A DNA stretch of 64,000 bases from Methanotrichaceae archaeon (GTDB taxonomy: Archaea; Halobacteriota; Methanosarcinia; Methanotrichales; Methanotrichaceae): contig CAVWIG010000039.1 of the NCBI GenBank assembly GCA_963754945.1, positions 1 through 64,000 of the forward strand, read 5' to 3'. The notes under the pieces are model-generated. The model was given only the letters and a program-made list of their open reading frames with translations. It was not told the DNA's origin and made no database searches. The first letter of the stretch is position 1; every line of letters begins with the position of its first letter. Both the position numbers and the translations under genes were made by a program. This document shows positions 61,951 to 64,000 of this stretch, piece after piece.

Positions 61951-62546
61951 CTCTTCGTGCCATTATTTCTCAGGATATTAATCTTTCTCTAGGCGGTGCG
62001 GGATCCGTCACCAGAAGTCACAGAAGATCTAAAAATCTAAAAAAAACGCCCTGCGGAGGTGCTAATTGTCGTTACAGGTCTACCTGTGAGCTCTGCCAAC
62101 ACCCATGGGTCTTGGTACATGTTGCTTAAGCGGTACCATTGGTGATTATAGAGATAAAACCAATTCCTATCGGGGGTCCTTGATGAAACGTTCATTGATT
62201 CTAATTGCGATCCTGACATTATGTTCCATTGTCCAGTCAGATTCGCTAGATTTTCAGAATTTTGGAGACGATTTTGGCAACTATCTTCCCATTATTTCCG
62301 GCTATCTTGTATGAATTTGGATTACCGCACCGTTGAAGGATCAATTGTGGAATTATTCGGTTCCCTGGTATTGTTCAGGAACACAACGCATGGGGCCCTT
62401 TCCTGTCAGAGCAATTTGCATTTTTGTGGGTCAAATTTGTGAGTCAAATCTCAATACAGGTCATAGGCGTTTAGTGATGCCTGATATCAACCTAAGAATG
62501 GACTCACTACTTTTGCCTGACTACCCGTTGAGCTTAGTAGTGATTT

Positions 62547-62804
62547 TCAGATACCAGGGGTCCAATTCCCATAATCATTTGATAAATCGGTCAATAATCC
62601 TGATTTATTTAGCGAATATCCCATCGGAATGTTACCCCAATTCCAAAGGCCAGTATTTGTTGATGTGTTATTGGTTTGTATCGACCCTGCTATTTGGCTC
62701 AAAATGGCTTGGCCGTTGCTTCCACTTAGCTGAACTGGCGTAGTTGCTTCGCAATTCAAGGCTAGTGCCATAAGGATTAAGAAGCATATTACAAGATTTC
62801 TCAT
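62547..62804 (-). CDS. Small secreted protein (85 aa), paralog of 22497..22754
   Basis: MRNLV..LALNCEA..PVQL.GSNGQAIL..WTPGI; conserved upstream leader. Confidence 0.85.
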   Translation of the reverse strand: MRNLVICFLILMALALNCEATTPVQLSGSNGQAILSQIAGSIQTNNTSTNTGLWNWGNIPMGYSLNKSGLLTDLSNDYGNWTPGI

Positions 62805-63052
62805 ATCTTGTCCCACATGAGAGTTTTAATCCTCTCAGTTAATTTCATGGATAGAATTTGAACGAATATAAAGATGTGGTGCGGCATAGCTGAGGGATAT
62901 GCTGCACAAAGGATGATCAATTATACCATTTAGAACATATCAAGGTAATTTTAATTGTTAAAAACATTTAAATAACATCGGATACATTAGATTGTTGTTC
63001 AGGTTATTTGATATCCAAAAAGAAGTGATATGACATCTGCCACGGAGAAGAA

Positions 63053-63208
63053 ATGGAGGAATCTAAAATGGAAGGCATGAAAAATTTGTGGGAGCATCTC
63101 AGCGAAGATAAGAAGAAAGCGTTGATGAAAGCGAAATTGGATATGAAGATGAAGAAGGTGCAAGCCAAGCTGGATTTCCTGAAGGAATTGCAGAAACTCT
63201 TAGGGTAA
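63053..63208 (+). CDS. Small Lys/Met-rich helical protein (51 aa)
   Basis: Manual translation MEESKMEGMKNLWEHLSEDKKKALMKAKLDMKMKKVQAKLDFLKELQKLLG*; GGAG upstream. Confidence 0.55.
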   Translation: MEESKMEGMKNLWEHLSEDKKKALMKAKLDMKMKKVQAKLDFLKELQKLLG

Positions 63209-63260
63209 GGATGGAATCAAGAAGCTTCGAGCATAGAGATGTTTCGAAACTTTTTATTAC

Positions 63261-63578
63261 ATCGGGAGCGCGGAGGGTCACGTATACCCCGACCTTCAGG
63301 TCGGGGATGAAGTGAACCCTCGCCCCTTTTGGGGGTGGAAATCTATTATGTTCAAATGGCAAATTCCTTCGATCCGTTGGAAATGTGACTGCTGACGCAA
63401 TCAGCACAACAATAAGGATTCTCAGGGGAAACCGAAGCAAAGTATCAATCGTGCAGACCAAGGAGATCAGGGCAACGAAGACTCGACGATTTCTGGATTC
63501 CATAAAACCGGGCGTGAGGGCGTGCGGCCCGAAGCATACCCCATCCTTTAGGGTGGGGTGGCCGCACGCAGTTTGATT
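63261..63578 (+). mobile_element. IS200-family internal-deletion derivative (hairpin ends plus tnpA C-terminal relic)
   Basis: Nested hairpins CCCCGACC-TTCA-GGTCGGGG and ACCCCATCC-TTTA-GGGTGGGGT; interior reads GKFLRSVGNVTADAI. Confidence 0.75.
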
Positions 63579-63714
63579 AAGTAATTCCTAATTTAGTCTG
63601 TCACAATCAGCTATACACTTATAATTATATTAAATAAAATGAAAGCCCTTTGGATTTCCGAAATCATGCCATCGGTTGAAGATGCTCTCACGAGTTTCCT
63701 TTCCCTGGCCATAC

Positions 63715-63864
63715 TCAGAGACTATCTATGAAAGCATCTAGCTCTTCGTCGCTTGTAATTCGCCTTCCTTTGCCCAGTTTGTACTGCTCCCAAGCTTCAT
63801 CAACACCCTTAAGGCAGTCCTCTTCTGGGCGGTTTGCTGAATCCTTTCTTATTACAGCGGCCAT
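63715..63864 (-). CDS. Small antitoxin-like protein (49 aa)
   Basis: Manual translation MAAVIRK...LKGVDEAWEQYKLGKGRRITSDEELDAFIDSL*, resembling RelB-type C-termini. Confidence 0.45.
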   Translation of the reverse strand: MAAVIRKDSANRPEEDCLKGVDEAWEQYKLGKGRRITSDEELDAFIDSL

Positions 63865-64000
63865 TCTGATCAACCCATTAAAATACGCGGCAACATTATA
63901 AATGTTGCTGACTAGCTTGTATCGCTAGCTTTTAAGTATATAAAGCAATCCGCCATCCGGTACGGGCAAATTAAAATACGCCATTACATATTCAACTGTT

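Noticed and set aside
62037-62743. ORFs 62037..62219, 62105..62314 and 62333..62743
   Set aside because: Conflicting strands; a signal-peptide-like start near 62183 hits a stop at 62312; at best a decayed secreted gene.
63099-63576. ORFs 63099..63503 and 63385..63576 as genes
   Set aside because: Antisense of, or frameshifted read-through from, the IS200 relic.

Overview
Chromosomal window from a methanogenic archaeon, most likely Methanothrix-like (Methanosarcinales). The inference rests on the S-layer DUF1608-type protein, AglJ, Alba, archaeal SAM synthetase and CCA-less tRNA-Cys. About 1-28 kb and 60-64 kb are accessory. They hold paralogous small secreted, TPR and N-sequon-rich proteins, a MacB/LolD-type ABC exporter, and many mobile elements (IS701, IS5, IS630, an IS1634-type MITE and IS200-derived MITEs). 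Decayed genes include two Ku C-termini, a HEPN fragment and a DUF2281-VapC pair. A virus/plasmid-like cassette (RHH, small ORFs, HNH-AP2-AP2) abuts a broken tRNA-Pro(GGG) whose 7-nt T-loop is exactly inverted inside an 8-7-8 recombinase-like core. About 28-60 kb is mostly core: BaiN, hybrid histidine kinase, TraB, MFS, GNAT-DUF2156, a 1460-aa GH-like/C25 gingipain-like surface protein with a partner, aglJ, PMM, alba, rlmE, cyclophilin, vapBC, pyrD/pyrK, FAH, tupABC, ArsA, mat, tRNA-Cys, PUA protein and a frameshifted iscS. No CRISPR array or rRNA was seen. All family assignments are by eye, without database searches.
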